This document shows, piece after piece, positions 12,995 through 25,775 of a stretch of 64,000 bases of DNA (the first letter of the stretch is position 1; each line of letters starts with the position of its first letter). The position numbers and the translations under genes are program-made. The DNA comes from Marsupella aquatica (Eukaryota; Plantae; Marchantiophyta). The notes under the pieces are model-generated. The model was not told the DNA's origin and ran no database searches. It worked only from the letters and a program-made list of their open reading frames with translations. The stretch spans positions 11,005,874 through 11,069,873 of the forward strand of contig OZ316894.1 of the NCBI GenBank assembly GCA_973895155.1. The letters run 5' to 3'.

Positions 12995-14476
12995 TGATTA
13001 TCGAAAACCTGAGTCACACAGACAAGAAAAAGTAGTTCTCTTGTTGCCTGGAAAAAAAGCAGTGCTTATTTAAGGTTCTGATGCAAAACACTGATTTATC
13101 AATGTGTACATACTTTTAAGCATACAAATTGAAATAGAGATAAGATATTTAGGCCTCTGTACCCTTTGTAAGGGAAGACTGTTACTTAAACCACCACTGG
13201 CCATATACAAGGAGGAGTGTCCAAAATCTTTCACTTTTTCACATTTTTCTCCTGTACCCTGAGACTTTGCTCCACAATTTTGGGAAAAAACACTAAAAAT
13301 TGTGACATCTATGTAACCACATTTTTGTCTTGGCTAGTGGCTGTTTAAGGTTTTGTGCAGGACATGCATAATACTGATTGCCCTTGCGGTAGTATGTGAG
13401 TTTCTAGGGCCAACTGTGGGCAGGTAAATTTGCTGGCTTAAAGATTGTCCTCTGCAAGGTCTGCCTGACAGTTGTGCACAATTGTAGTGCAAGACACTCA
13501 CATATCCTCTACTAGTCTACTACTAAGCTGCTACAGCCCATTTTTAGGGCCAAAAACCTTACCCAAGAGTAGCTCATACGCTATACGCATTTAGCAAACA
13601 AATTAATTATGGAAAAAGCATGGTGTTGAGGCTTTGTCTCAAACTATTCAATCCCATGCACCACATTTTGACCTGGCCCTCTCTTAGAAGAATGTGGTTC
13701 TAATGGTGCTGGGTATCCAGAAACGATGAGGGGTGCATTGGAGGTGGCCACTCCTCCATTATGAGCCCCCCTGACCCCCTTGAAAAGAACTCCATGCCCC
13801 CCCCCCCCAAAAAAAAGAAAAAAAGAAAAAAAAAGAGAAAAGAAAGATGTCCCATTGCCCTCCTCCACACCTACCCCTGACATTCACTTGCCATTATATT
13901 GACCAGTTATCTTACAAAATGTCTTCCGTCTGCATTGGCGTGAGTTGTCCCTATGTCATACTTGCAATAAGCTACAGACTATAAATAGTTTAGAAAAGCA
14001 TAGGCACACAAGAGATACTAGCCGCAATCAGGTTGGCAAATTAATTCAAACCGATAAACTTGAGATATCTTGGTCACAAGAATCCCTCAGTCACCTCATG
14101 GAAGGTGATTGATTCCTTGTACTACCTTAGTTAAGAATCCCTTGGCCACCTCTCACAAGGTGTTTGATTCCTTAACCATATCCAGCAGGTACATCTTACT
14201 GTAGGCGTAGTTAGGTTCCCAATCATTCTCTATATTTTGGCTGTTATGTAGAATATTGTTCTTGATATATTCAAGAAAGCATTTAATGATCTCTTTTAGC
14301 TTTGTGACCCAAAATACCAATACCTAACAAAATAAAGAAATTCAACAGACTGTGCTCAGCCTTCACAATTGTAATCTAAACATGTGAAGTATGCAAGAAC
14401 CCGATCTGAAGAGCAAACTCATACACAAGGTTTAGAAAAGAGACCTGACTCGCAACCATTGATCCAAAGAAATTAA

Positions 14477-17400
14477 TTATTCTGCCTTTCCCATTCCCTT
14501 GAGCACGTATGGTTGAGGTGGCTTTACAGCTTTTCCAATCAAAATTACAAGAAGTGGCAAAATTGTCCCTGCATAATACATCCTATGATATGCCAATAAT
14601 GTGTCCTTAAATTTCAATAGCAAAAACCCAGCCCAAGAGTAGTGTAAAATAGATGAAGCATATGAGAATCCAATTGCCCACCCCAAAGCCTGCTTTACCA
14701 TACTCTGCAAGCTCCTGGGGACTTGAAGTTCCCATTTACTGCCAAGCACCCTGTTTGCACACATTGCAACAGTATCACTGGCAATCATCCTATTAACATT
14801 TCTAGTTTATCTCAAAATTCATGACTGGGACCAACAAGTCTCATTCTGCAGTTCTAAGCAAAATCTAGTTTGCCAAAAGAGGTGAAACTGGACTGAAAAC
14901 ATTAGAAATCTAACGTAGGGATAGACTGCAAGTGACACAAGCAAAACGCGTTGAAATGGATCAACCCGTTTGATCTATGACTCTGATGGACCAAGCACAT
15001 TTAAGTTTGAATCACAAAATGTGAGCATTCATACAAACGAAAGGTTTTCAATGAATAAATTTCAAGACCAGTCATGAGGATTTTGGCAGTCCCTAAATCT
15101 GGATTGTAAAACATTTTGGTCCAGACAATTTCAGTTCCTCCCTGGAGCAGACCCAATCCAAAAAAGTCATGAATTGGAAAAAGTCCTGGGGTTCTCCAAG
15201 AAAACAGATCAGTGCAGAAATTGCTAGAGGAAATTACCAGAAACTTAAAATGCGAGGAGGGCTGGTATTCACATCAGACGTCAGCCACAGCTGCCATTTG
15301 TATATGACTCTAGCCCCAGCAATCATGAGGGCAGAATGTACGAAGAACAAAAAGTAGCCAATGTACAATCCATGCCACACTGCTGCTACGACCTGGGTGG
15401 TCACAAGTTGGAAAAGTCCTCCTGTTCCAGCACATCTCTCAATTTACGTCAGACGAGAATGGAATGTGTTACTCACTTTCTGTAATACCTCGAAGTTTGT
15501 CATGCTTTGACCCTAGCGGTTCTCAGTAAGGCGCAGACCCAGTCTGTAGATCCTACTGAACTCATTACGATTCCAATCCTGCTCTCTGAAACCCCACGGA
15601 TTCTTCTTCTCAACTAAGCTTCAAATCTTATGAACTCACCAATTTTGTGTCAACGTCAGAAGGGTGAAAGACAAGCTCACCTCGCCCCATGCCTCCGGTT
15701 CCACTCAAAGGCTCATAGACGTAGTGCCGCAGCCAAAAGCCAACATGAATGTTCCAGTGAAGGGGAATTCGTGCCCCACTCTTGTTGAACTCAACGCGGA
15801 GAATGTCCACATTCCGCGCTTGATCCCACCTGGACTGTTTCGGCCTGGCTTCTTGGGTGTCCCAACCACTGAAGCCAAACCCTGAGAAAAGCCATCCAAA
15901 TTTTATGATGCGTATTTGTGGACAGTAATGACCTTGACACGATCAAGCATGCTGAGAAAAACTCGCCACTGACTTACAGTACTGTTCAATGGTTGTGGCA
16001 ATCTGTAAAGATTTGATCACTGTGTTCATGTTTTGGAGACATGCAGGGATTGCCAGACTTCAACTTTCGAACCCTTGCATGGAAGCTGATTGTTGTGCCA
16101 AAATTGATCAAAACAAGAGCAGAGTTGATCCATAAGGCATAGTACCTGATAAGATTAGCGATGCCTCAGAGATTGACCAGATGAAGTAGAACTTCCACCT
16201 GGCGGTGAATCCGCACATCCATAAGAACCCAAATGTCTTCCATCCAGACCAGGGTTGATCTGTATCTGCTAAAAATAAAAGGGTGCTGTTGAAATGTGGT
16301 CTGAGAGACACGTAGAAGCCCATGCTCACAAGGGATCTGGCCATTGCTTGGAGTGCTGGAATCAAATATGGTGGTGTATCTTCGCAGCTCCAAATGCTTT
16401 TGTTTTCTGTCCAATCGATATAACTCCTCAACTCATACACTGGACCTGCAAAAGTGGACCACATGAGTGAAAGCCTGCTTAGTGCATTTCCTTGCACAAC
16501 GAAAATATGTAGAATGATGATCAGTGACTGAGTTCTCTCTCTCAGGTCCGAGGAGGGAGAAAGAGTTACACAACTTAATAGAACAAATCAATCCATCAAT
16601 CTCTTTTCACGAGTTGTCAGATCATTATTTTTTGGTGACGATCACTTTTTAACCGTACCCTCGAGCTCTCTTTCCCAACGATGACCATAAAATAATGCAC
16701 AGCAAAAGTTGTGTGGGTAGAATGTCAAGAGTGACCCCTTTTCAAATGAGATCACATGAATGCTTGTCGTCCCTTTACATGGAATAAATCTTGATCAAGG
16801 AGAGTCTTCTCCATTACCAGCGAGATGAGTTCCACAGTTGAGGCAATAGCCCAAGTATGTGATGGGACTCGGGAGGTCGAAAACCCTGTACTGCTTTTGG
16901 GCAGGCCTGAGATTGTCCACACTTTCAATTAACAAGCCATCTTGATAGTTCATGGTTGCAGATATGACTTTGAGAGTGAGTACCATAAGAGCTCCTGTGG
17001 CATCGATTCCACCTTGCTTCCAAGACTCACCTGTGATTCAAACCCGAACCATCCAAGGTTAGCAATCAATCGTTGCCAATTTGTTGCAACTTCTCTGCCC
17101 CGCAGCAGAGTGTTGATTATCTCATGAAAACAGTAATAGAATTGGTGTGTTGGTTTGCCTTCTTCCATTTGACAATTTAAATTCTTGACTACAATCATTA
17201 AATGGCCAGTTTTTGCTTGTACTATTGAATTTTGTTGTCCACTTTGGACGAAGGGTAAGGAAACTGGTGATGGGGTTGTAATTAAGTTATTAGTTAGATA
17301 ATTAGACTTAAATTCAATTAATCTATTCAAATGGGATGGGATAAAACTGGAGTAATTCGAAAACAGTGCAAAAATTCCAGAGCAGTGGAGGCTCTAGACT

Positions 17401-18592
17401 GGAGGCTGGCTGTTACATAGCCTATCCTTGCAAATCTTTAGACTTAAATTCAAATAATGTACTAAAATGGAATTGGGCCAGATAGAGGCATTGAGTATGT
17501 GCCAATTAATAAAGTAGTGGAGACAGGAGGTTGCTAACTAAAGTACCCTAGCCTGTCTCGCAACAACACAAATCACCTCCCTTTGGGGGGCATTTTGTAA
17601 AATCTTTTTTGCTTTGCGTGGATACTGGCATTAACACGTTGAGGCTAGCATGAATGGCAAGAAGGTTGTTTTTTCTATTCACAATACTTTCATGTAAAAT
17701 TTGGATATTCTTGTTTAATTACGTTATAGTGCAAAGACAAGCTATTGCCCTAAACACATAGGGCAATACTGATTTTGAGAGAAACTAGATTGAATTCATG
17801 CGCAGCATGCCAACATGTATAGATTTCATCCGGGCAAAAGCCTTGTGCAGTAGCACAAAGTACTACAGTTGCATATCTGTGTGAATCATTAATTAGATAA
17901 TTAGAGTCAAATGCAAATAACCTATTCAATTGGGATGGGACTAGACTTGGGATGGGACTAGACATAATGATCCAAAAGAGGGAAAGCTTAGCTGACGAGG
18001 AAGCGCGAATTAACATAGTAGGAGAGGAGAGGAGAGGAGAGGAGAGGAGTGAAACAGAGCAGTGGCGAGAAACAGAGTCACCAGAGACAGAGAACAGAGT
18101 CACCAGAGACACAGAGGAAAGGAAAACAGAGAAGAGAAGAGAGGAAAAGTGGCGAGAAACAGAGTCACCAGAGACGAAGAGGAATGGAACCATAGAAGAG
18201 AAGAGAAACAGAGTAGTGGAGAGAGAGGGAGAGGAGAAGAGAAGAGGCGGACCGCTCATGAAGTAGACATGACATCCGAGAAGGAAGCCGAACGCCGAAA
18301 CGAAGGTGAGCTCCCCGCAGCGCCGGCGGCACAGCAGCATGCTCGCGTACGACATGGCGATGGGCGCGAGCAGCAGCAGATCGCTCCCAGGCGGAAGACC
18401 GTAGTGCGAGACCAGCGCTCCAGTGACGGCGGCGTACCAGTGCCGAGCTCGGGGCGCCTCTTTCGGCACCAACCGGCACCCCCACCCCAATGGTATTGTC
18501 GCGAGGAACGCAATCAGGAACCGCACCACCGGCACGGAGAGCCCTGACGCATCGGCCGCCCTCTCGATCACCGGCGACATCGTACTCATCAT
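14477..18592 (-). CDS. LPCAT: Membrane-bound O-acyltransferase (MBOAT), lysophospholipid acyltransferase LPCAT/LPLAT-like, 503 aa
   Basis: Exons 18592-18253, 17030-16818, 16445-16146, 15881-15681, 15421-15238, 14750-14477 are all GT-AG and join to a 1512-nt open frame. Motifs: GGIDATGALMVLTLKVIS, NYQDG, RWKFYFIWSISEA, WNIHVGFWLRHYVYE and catalytic-His AVWHG. Confidence 0.93.
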
Positions 18593-18596
18593 TCTT

Positions 18597-18635
18597 TCAA
18601 TTGGATTTTGGATTTTGGGCTCCACAACTCATCAT
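18597..18635 (-). promoter_or_regulatory. Candidate upstream ORF (MMSCGAQNPKSN*) ending 4 nt before the LPCAT start codon
   Basis: AAAATGATGAGT...TGA, then AAGA, then ATGATGAGT of the main ORF. Requires the TSS to lie upstream of 18635. Confidence 0.4.
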
Positions 18636-20619
18636 TTTCGTGGCAGAATGATCGAATCCCGCTCCCGCCCCTGCTTCTGATGGTGTAGTACCGCGTTTGA
18701 GGTCCGTCAGTAGGCAGGGAAAGTGTCGCTCCTCCTTGGGATTCTTCTGTTTCAGTTCTAAGTGAAGGAGTTGCGGAACTTTCGTGCCGCCAAGTCTTTG
18801 CAAGAACATGCCAGTGACCGGTGGCCAGGTGAGTTGCAAGATTTTCTCCCTTCCAGTCGTTCGAATCAGAGGATCCGAGGATGAGAGGACGATAGTGGTC
18901 AGGTGACTGCAAAATTATCACCAGCCAACATTTTGCTAGCGAGGTAGCGACATTTCGTAGGAGTGGTAACTAGTGAATAACTATCACCCTAACTCGTCAG
19001 AAACAGAGGCTCTGAACTCGGAAGCTCTGTGTCGGGAATAGAGTGACTATTGATGGGTCAATTTCCCTTTCTTGCTGTGCTTTCCATGGCCGAAATAGAG
19101 GATGGAGACATTGATAGTGGCGGGAATACTCCTCGCTTCCCTAGGCTTTTCCCACAGCTGTCATTAGTCTAGGAACAAGCCACAAGTTCCTTCAGAGGGC
19201 CTGAATACAATTCGAGTTCGAGATGGAACCTTTTAACGGGAGTCTGGGGTGGCTCAATAAAAGCCAGCAAATGCAAGGCGATTCAAGCATTGGAAAATAA
19301 GCTAGTTTTGGTCATAAGCTAGTATCGGTCAATGCAACGTGGGTAATGACGAAGAAATTACTGTATTCGACGAAAGCATTCCAGATGTGTTTCGCGAAAT
19401 CCGGCTGAAGGAGTACCAATGCTGGCTCTAGTCTCGGGGAGGTTCGCCGTGACATTTCCACATTCGAATTGTGAGGGCAGTAATGTTCGCTAATTTTCTA
19501 TCTATAACTTACATTTGCCCTCAGCCGAAAGTGAAGCGAAAGGAATTCTATCGGCTGGTCTGCAATTACTGAATAGAAACCACCCAGGCCTTTCTCTTCT
19601 TCTCCACCCGGCAATGTCACCCTCATTGAACAACTCCATCACGTTTTCCAACAGCCACAAGCTTCTACCAGACCGAGTCACGACCTCAACAGGTGCACCA
19701 TGAATGTCAAGACAGCTCACATACGCATCATCAGGACATCTCTACAGGTTCACGCTAGAAGTTCATTTGCAATTTGGAATGGTCCCTTATCCATTGTAGT
19801 CCAACCCGGGAGAATCCCTTGCGGAATCCTGATAATATCCTATTCGGGGTCCGATTTGCAAGGTCTGAAAATATCCACGCATGTTCGGATCTCAGTAATA
19901 TACTTCTTGGTTCGGTTAGGAATCAGGAGGCCGATCAACAGTCCTTTATGATTGTATCCGCAATGCCCTATTCGAAGGCTTGCAACACGTGATTGAGAGC
20001 AACTTCGGTGAGTCGACATCCAAGGAATCAATGTTTCTCGATAGGTGGCCCTGATTTGGAGTGGAATTCATGGTGAGCCCTAATCATTGGTTGCACTTGG
20101 TGGGGAGGATATATTCTGGAGGCAATTAGGAACCAGTTCTTTGACCAATCCATCTTTCGGCATATTTGAAATTCGTCTTTCTAAGATGAACTCGAAAGTG
20201 TCGTCTTCGAACGTCTTCAAAAGCACTTCGTATTTGGCAAACTAGCAAAAGATTTAAAGGATATCTCTTCGCTTGTAACGAAAGTCATCCATGTACCATA
20301 TCTGTTCATTCTCGCTACATTTTCTGAATGGGCATAGGTTTCCTCGGCCATGGCATAGATCCCGCAATGTGTTGGAAGGACTGAATCACTCCATTGCATC
20401 CTAGATTTCACAGAATCATTTATGATTTCGGTGGTTTAGAGATTTCAGAAAGTCCTAGTTGAATTCACTGGGCAGATGTGTCTGAGGCGATTTAGAACCA
20501 CTGAGAGAATTAAGTTCGGTGAAGAGTCATATTTGGTGAACAAATCATTCAGTGGTATGGTGTGCTTTACAGAACACAAAAAAACCGAGCCATGGTGGAC
20601 CACCATGTTGAACACAGTG

Positions 20620-21070
20620 CTCCCATGGACCACATTTTGGTGGTTCATGGGAGTTTGAGGCCCAGAGCTTGATGATCACATTTTGGTGGTCCATGTGAGT
20701 TTGAGTCCCAGATAGAAGAACACAATAAAAATTAATGTAATTAAATTTACCCTTAGGCAATCTGTAAACCCAAATATTTAATATTAACACAATGAAAATT
20801 AATCTAATGAAATTTACCCCTAGGCAATCTGTAAAGGAAAATTCAAAATGAGCTAAAAAATTATTGTTATTTTGATGAAAGTGTAGCTTATCTACTCCTC
20901 AGATGGAATATCCCCCAAAACTATAATGTATTTGAATATGAATATCTAGTTATTAAAATTAAACTCAAATTTTGGAGGCTTCAAAGGCCAACCTTGGGGT
21001 CCATCGGGTTTCAAATTGCATAACAAAGCCTTAATGCGTTTCACTTAAAATATGACTCCAGGGAAACTTC
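20620..21070. mobile_element. Degenerate fragment related to the 11479-12994 Helitron
   Basis: Shares the blocks GATCACATTTTGGTG and GG(C/T)TTCAAAG..GGTCCA..TTCAAATT with 11600-11790. Confidence 0.45.
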
Positions 21071-22130
21071 CAACGTTAGGTCTTATCCTGTTTGGAATGG
21101 ATTAGCATCATTCACTACTAAGTGAACCAGGGGTCAGCTTTCTGGTTGAAAAATCTGCATCATCAAGACATAGCAACCTTAGCAAATTAAACTGATGGAA
21201 GCCACACATGTAAAAAGCAGACAAAATAGGGGACAAAATAGGGGACAAAATAGGTCAGAATCCAGGATTGAACATGGACCTTAATCTCCCTATTCTATAA
21301 GCAATACTGTGCTAAAACTATCTAGAGCTACATAGTTTTGTTACTACCTTAAACCTGTTCTACTAGTACTAAATGAATAACAAAACACAGGGGCCTGAAA
21401 TGTAACTCTCCTAGCCCCTCCTTGTCCCTTACTGCCAATTGGGTTGTCAATTCATGAACCAGCCCTCGGTGTACATCTTTAATCAGTGTCACTTACACCT
21501 TTCCTGCATGATTTCTCCAATCTTTCCATACCCCCATTGCTCACCTGAATCCATCCTTTCTACATCCCTACCAATGTTCCTTTCATCAGTGAACATCCTT
21601 TCCTTCTCTTCTCATCCCGCATTGTGTCCTGTACACCCTATTCCCCACCAGGCAATTTTGCTCCATAATCAGATCGGCCATGATGTATTTCTTTTCTTGT
21701 TCTTTACCCGTATGGACACTGGCGGTGTCCCAGTCAGTTTTCTTAGTGGCTAAATTTTCGCTAGTTTCCACCTGTCTAAACAGTCTTCACTACGTTTGAC
21801 AAAACATCAGGCTAGCTTCTCTATCTACCAATAGCCAGTTTCCCAACTAGCCATAGACCCCATCAGCCAAAATCTAATGGTCTTCCCTAAATCTAGGGAT
21901 ACCTGACATTCAAAAATTACTCTAGCAAAAGTAGGTAAGGTGAATGTGTATTCGTAGCATCTTCACACTGACAAGGTGACATACTGACATGCATTCACCA
22001 AGCTAAAGTCACAAACCCTTTAAAATTACTCTCGTCCCAATGTGGATCTACAATCTAGACAAATAGGTTGGGCTATCGGTGGTGAGTCTCCCTGTCATAC
22101 TATTACTTGCAGATCAAAAAGCAACAGCTC

Positions 22131-22212
22131 TCCTATGTAGGGCAGCCCTACACAAGGGGACGATACCCAGAGCAGGACGGGCCTGCTTTGGGTTTTCAAG
22201 GCAAAAAAGAAG
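22131..22212 (+). mobile_element. Short SINE insertion with 5' inversion
   Basis: 3' tail CCTGCTTTGGGTTTTCAAGGCAAAAAA on +, with the upstream ~40 bp inverted relative to the 5531-5740 copy. TSD AAGCAA(C/T)AGCTC at 22119-22130 and 22213-22224. Confidence 0.75.
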
Positions 22213-25200
22213 AAGCAATAGCTCACTGGGCTGATACAGAACAATCAAATTTACAGTGGTATGGAAGATTCATCCAACCTGTGGGCACGTGCCAGAGTAC
22301 ACCATACTTATAGCATCAGAAAGGATAGTAATCCCTTTGAGGATATTGGAGATTTGAACTCATGTCCAAGACCGAAATTGTGACCCCACGAAAGACCCCC
22401 AACCTATTCATGTTGACGGTTGCTGGGAATTCATTTATTACTATCCCTTGAGTCCCACTCAGATGTTGCCCACCTGCCTGTTTCCATTTTGGGGCAAACA
22501 GGATGTTATTTTGCATCTTGCAGCTAGGAAAGATGCAAATAGTTTGCAACAAAATGCTTAGATGTTGCAGGCTTGCCTGTTTCCATTTGGTATTTTATTG
22601 CATCTTGCGCTTAGAAAATACACACAAAAAAAAAGGAAAACTCTCCAAAACTTGGATTGAACTCTAGCCCCAGCCCAAGTGGCAAGGAATGGAGGCCTTA
22701 CTAGATTGCTAGGCAATGGTATTTAGGAGTGCAGAGGGGGGAGGAGTGGCAGAGAGGGACGTCACATTTTTTCACAAAATATGGAAACATCAGGCCACCC
22801 TTCCTTTCCTTGTAGAAAGTCGAGGCTCAATGTTGACCTTGCAGTAGGGAGATCAAGCTGCTGCTTGTAGGGCAGCAAGGCAGCAAGACAAAGCACTGAT
22901 GCTGGGAGTGGCAGGGGGTAGCAAGGTCATGCAAAGTTGGGGCAGCGAGGACACGCAAAGCTGGGGAAGCGAGGTCCCTTTTTGAGTGCAATGTGCCCAC
23001 ATTGGGCATGTTTTCTGGTGAAAAAATGGGGAATGTTTGAAGGCTCCATGAGGGAGCCTGTGGATGCTGCAACCTTGCTGCCCAGAGGGCTGGGGCTGCC
23101 TATTGAGGGTCTAGTCTGGTTTGAGTGAGGGGCAGGGTGACGCTCAATTCAAATCCAGACACGTTTTGGACTGATGGATGACCCAAATTTAACCAGGGGT
23201 GGTTAACTAAACTGGATTCTGGAAAACAATGGTATTTCAGTCATTCAACTAAAAAACGTGGCATGTTGTGATATTTTTGACTGAAAAGGTAACAATCTAG
23301 TAAATATAATGTTCACAAAGAAATGAGATGTATAGAACTTGAACTTGTAGGCGCTGATATTTATAAAGGGTGCCCAATGTTGAATGTACAGTAAGAGTCA
23401 AAAGGGAGCACATTTAGTACTTTACTACCTGTACCTTTTTTGGGGGGTGGGAGAGGAAATCCTTCCTGAATCCTGACTACAACTGTACTTGATTGGAAGA
23501 ATCCCGAAAGTGAGACTCGACCGCCGACGACAGAGTGTGATAATTATCTACCTGCCAACGACAGTGTGATATCTACAGAAGAAATGTAGTTGTGATTGGA
23601 TTTCCTAAGATCTGTGGGCCCAACTTCGTGAAACTTTCACGTTACTATCTTTCCATCGACAGTCAACCAGAGTCACTGTTATTTTCTCAAATTTATTCTG
23701 AGGTCCATATTTCTTGCTCGCGATTCTTTGATTTCTTTGATAAAGGCGATTCGGTTTTTAGTCGTTGTAGGAAGATTGCGTTCCAGTGGCCCACGAGTGG
23801 AATTCCCATGGATTCCAGGAACGGCGAACAGCTCACTTTGAAACTCTGAAAGACACTCTCGCGGTTGATTCTCACTTTCATAAAACCAGAGCAATGTGAT
23901 CAATCTGTATGAACGGCAGCAAATGATGGTGTAGATATAGTAACAGGGCGTTCTCTGGCAAATCCCTATTCATGGCGAGATTGGCGATGATGAGGAACTT
24001 TGTGTACTGTCTGCAATCGAAATAGGTATGAGAAGTTTTTTTGCATAGATTTTGGCCCTTCCCGATTGCATCTGCGGAATTGGGCAAAAGCTCTTCTTCA
24101 ACTAAGAGACAACAATATTTTTGCGATGCTTTTCACTGCCAAACATGGAATAATTGGGGATAGCTTCCATCTCCTTTCCCACACGTGCAACCGACGTGGG
24201 ACAGACATCAGAAGATGTGTACTTTGGACTCTCTGGAGCAACAATAATTGTGAAGCATGGGTCCCAGGTGGACATCTGCTGGACCCATGCTTCCATTTTG
24301 ACTCTAGGCATCAGAATTTGCCAATTTGGTCTCTTGTGAGAGCCCCTAGCGGCCTAGCCGACTAGCCCTCTATATCCAAAGAAGGAAGAACGGTGTTTCG
24401 AACGCTGCTCACGGCAGATGACAATAGCACTTATACCCCAGTGTAGTGCTCTTGCCGACATTGGTCTCCCCTTCATTGGCTGTGGCTTCTTAGAGTTGCC
24501 CTCAGTGCTCCGTGCACTTGTACAGTGCGATGATTCGTTCCTACGGAGTCTCTTTCGTGCAATGGAAAACAGTAATAAGTTGTCACACCTCTGCCGGTGG
24601 AGTTCTGCTGGACAAAGACACTCCTCAAGTGATCTGTTGTAGACAGTGATGCAAGTGGGAAACGGTGCAATAATATCAAGAAACCAACATGACCTGGCTG
24701 GCTCACCCGACCAAATCGGCCGTGAAGAATTAGCCATGCTTGCACTCAATGTGAATTTTTTTAGCGATCCTTCTACAGAAAGGGCCAGTGGTGTAACGAT
24801 AGTTATATATGACCGGGCTGCTCCTTCACATCGGCTGTGACAAGATTTTACACGGAGTTCATGGTTTGTATCTTGCCTTGAGGTTTCTGTAACTGTGTGT
24901 GTGAGAGAGAGAGAGAGAGTGAGAGAGCGAGAACTCTAAGAATCTGTACAATATATTTGTCAAATTTAGTTTCTGAATGAAATTTTGTTGCCCCCAAAAA
25001 AGGAAAAGGCCCCGTGCACTTTACTCAGACTGATGAGAGGAGCCCGCCCCCAAATCCCGGGCGATAACCCACTAGGGATCGCGAGCAGAAGAACCGTGCA
25101 AAACAGATCATCAACAAACAAAGGGCCAGACATGAGAGATTATGGATTTCTTTTGTTGTGGAAAAAGGGGAGAGGAATTCTGTACGGTAGGCCCTATACT

Positions 25201-25524
25201 TTTTTGGCAGTGGGCTGACCTGTAGGCTGAATGCAATGCCCTTGTCTCTCGGGTTTGTCGACGTCGTTGGGACAGCGATTAGAGAATTGTTATCATCAGC
25301 AGCTTCGCAAATTATTGGAAGATTTGGTCATTTCGTTAGTGATTACTTGATTCAGTCTACGACTTGCCCAAATTTGTGTGGGGCCGGCAAACTACTTCTG
25401 TATGATGACTCCATTCATCCACATGTGAAGAATTACCGTGACAAATCAAACATTTTGGTTGAAACAGTTTTTCGTCCAAAACAAATGAAAAAGTCACTGT
25501 ACAAGAAAGCTTTTTCCAACCAAT

Positions 25525-25775
25525 TGGCTTAGGTCAATTGGCTAGGGGATTTGCCTGGAACTGAGAGGTCCCAGGTTCAATCCCCCCTTCACACACTGGG
25601 GTGTGGAGGGTATTTGTGTGTGGGTGGGATGGGTTTTGTGGGTAGTGGATTGGAGTTCTGATTATTTGCTCTGCCCCTGGTCGTCCACTTTGTGGTCCTG
25701 ATTTAATCCTCTCTCCTTCCTGGTGCAGTCCCTGTCAGATCCGTTGGGGCTCACCCTGGTCTGGGTTCCCTACAG
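25525..25775 (+). mobile_element. tRNA-derived SINE (head plus body, 3' tail missing)
   Basis: A-box-like TAGGTCAATTGG at 25530 and B-box GGTTCAATCC at 25574. Body is homologous to the reverse complement of 5605-5740. Confidence 0.7.

Noticed and set aside
17750-18252. C-terminal half of the 291-aa ORF
   Set aside because: Read-through into CT-rich intron 1 of LPCAT; the GT donor is at 18252.
25030-25070. CTGATGA hammerhead-like core (also at 43898)
   Set aside because: No GAAA after a correctly placed stem II and no stems I/III.
25525-25590. Possible tRNA gene
   Set aside because: No complete cloverleaf; contiguous with a SINE body.
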